A stretch of DNA of 63,384 nucleotides, counting the filler, from Octopus bimaculoides (lineage: Eukaryota), in the NCBI RefSeq assembly GCF_001194135.2. It is 8 parts of 8 records of this genome, joined end to end, with 100 filler letters (N's around TTAATTAATTAA, not from the genome) between each part and the next. Parts side by side here need not be neighbours in the genome. Positions count along the whole stretch, not along the records: positions 56,191 to 63,384 come from NC_068999.1; 7 more parts are not named here. The stretch is one strand, 5' to 3'. Under the pieces are notes generated by a model, which was given only the letters and a program-made list of their open reading frames with translations, ran no database searches and was not told the origin of the DNA. Positions 62,871 through 63,384 of this stretch are shown here, one piece after another. Position numbers and translations under genes: made by a program. Position 1 is the first letter of the stretch. Every line of letters begins with the position of its first letter.

Positions 62871-63384
62871 GAAACGTTGTCATCTGCTGGTATTGATACA
62901 TCAATTAGAAAGCATTTTTTTCTTCATGATCTTTGACAACTATATCTGGTCTATTTGCCTTATTATTATTATTATTATTATTCTTATTATTATTATTATT
63001 ATCATCAAACAACGAAAAAAGAAAACAAGACGTGTTCATTCAATAATGCAAAACCCGTCGTACACCAACACCAACGCCAACACCCACATCTCCTTCCCCG
63101 TGGTACCACAGTCACTCGATACTCCTCAGCTAATACATACAGCGCTTTAATCCTGAATTATTTTCTCATTACACACATCACTACCGTACTCCCACTCCAT
63201 TGTACTCTCTGAGTACATATTTCTCAAGGGTATACACATGACTGCACTAAACCTCTTCTCTATTCGCCTGCCTCTTTCTCCTTCTTCTTCTTCTTCTTCT
63301 TCTTCTTCCATCCTCACACACTTTCGCGAACGTATAGACTTTTACCGAAATTTCTCTCTCGCTCTGTTTTCTATTTTGCTCCGT

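Overview
AT-rich, microsatellite-saturated eukaryotic scaffold with many N gaps (roughly a tenth of the window). It is very probably from an octopus or related cephalopod; this is inferred from the SINE families, not checked. Almost all ORFs in the supplied track are microsatellite or gap artefacts. Host coding sequence is sparse and on the minus strand: a single-coding-exon secreted or GPI-type LRR protein (20238-21206); a 251-bp exon, missed by the ORF track, encoding the S2 ligand-binding half of a divergent ionotropic glutamate-receptor-like protein (48340-48590); and a few weaker candidate exons. The rest is tRNA-derived SINEs, Tc1 and mariner remnants, RTE and RLE-type LINE fragments, a decayed Gypsy element and two Penelope-like RT fossils. 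The main discovery is a dense population of type I hammerhead ribozyme motifs from at least six unrelated sequence families: (1) a ~299-bp tandem array that looks like a non-LTR retrozyme (12073-13155); (2) a tRNA-headed SINE whose tail carries a dimer-dependent minimal hammerhead (4 copies); (3) a foldback with two divergently oriented hammerheads (10205-10385); (4) a decayed family whose consensus is a canonical GUC hammerhead (44.9-47.9 kb); (5) and (6) two solo, near-intact hammerheads (47336-47398 and 57872-57954). All folds were derived by eye and none has been tested.
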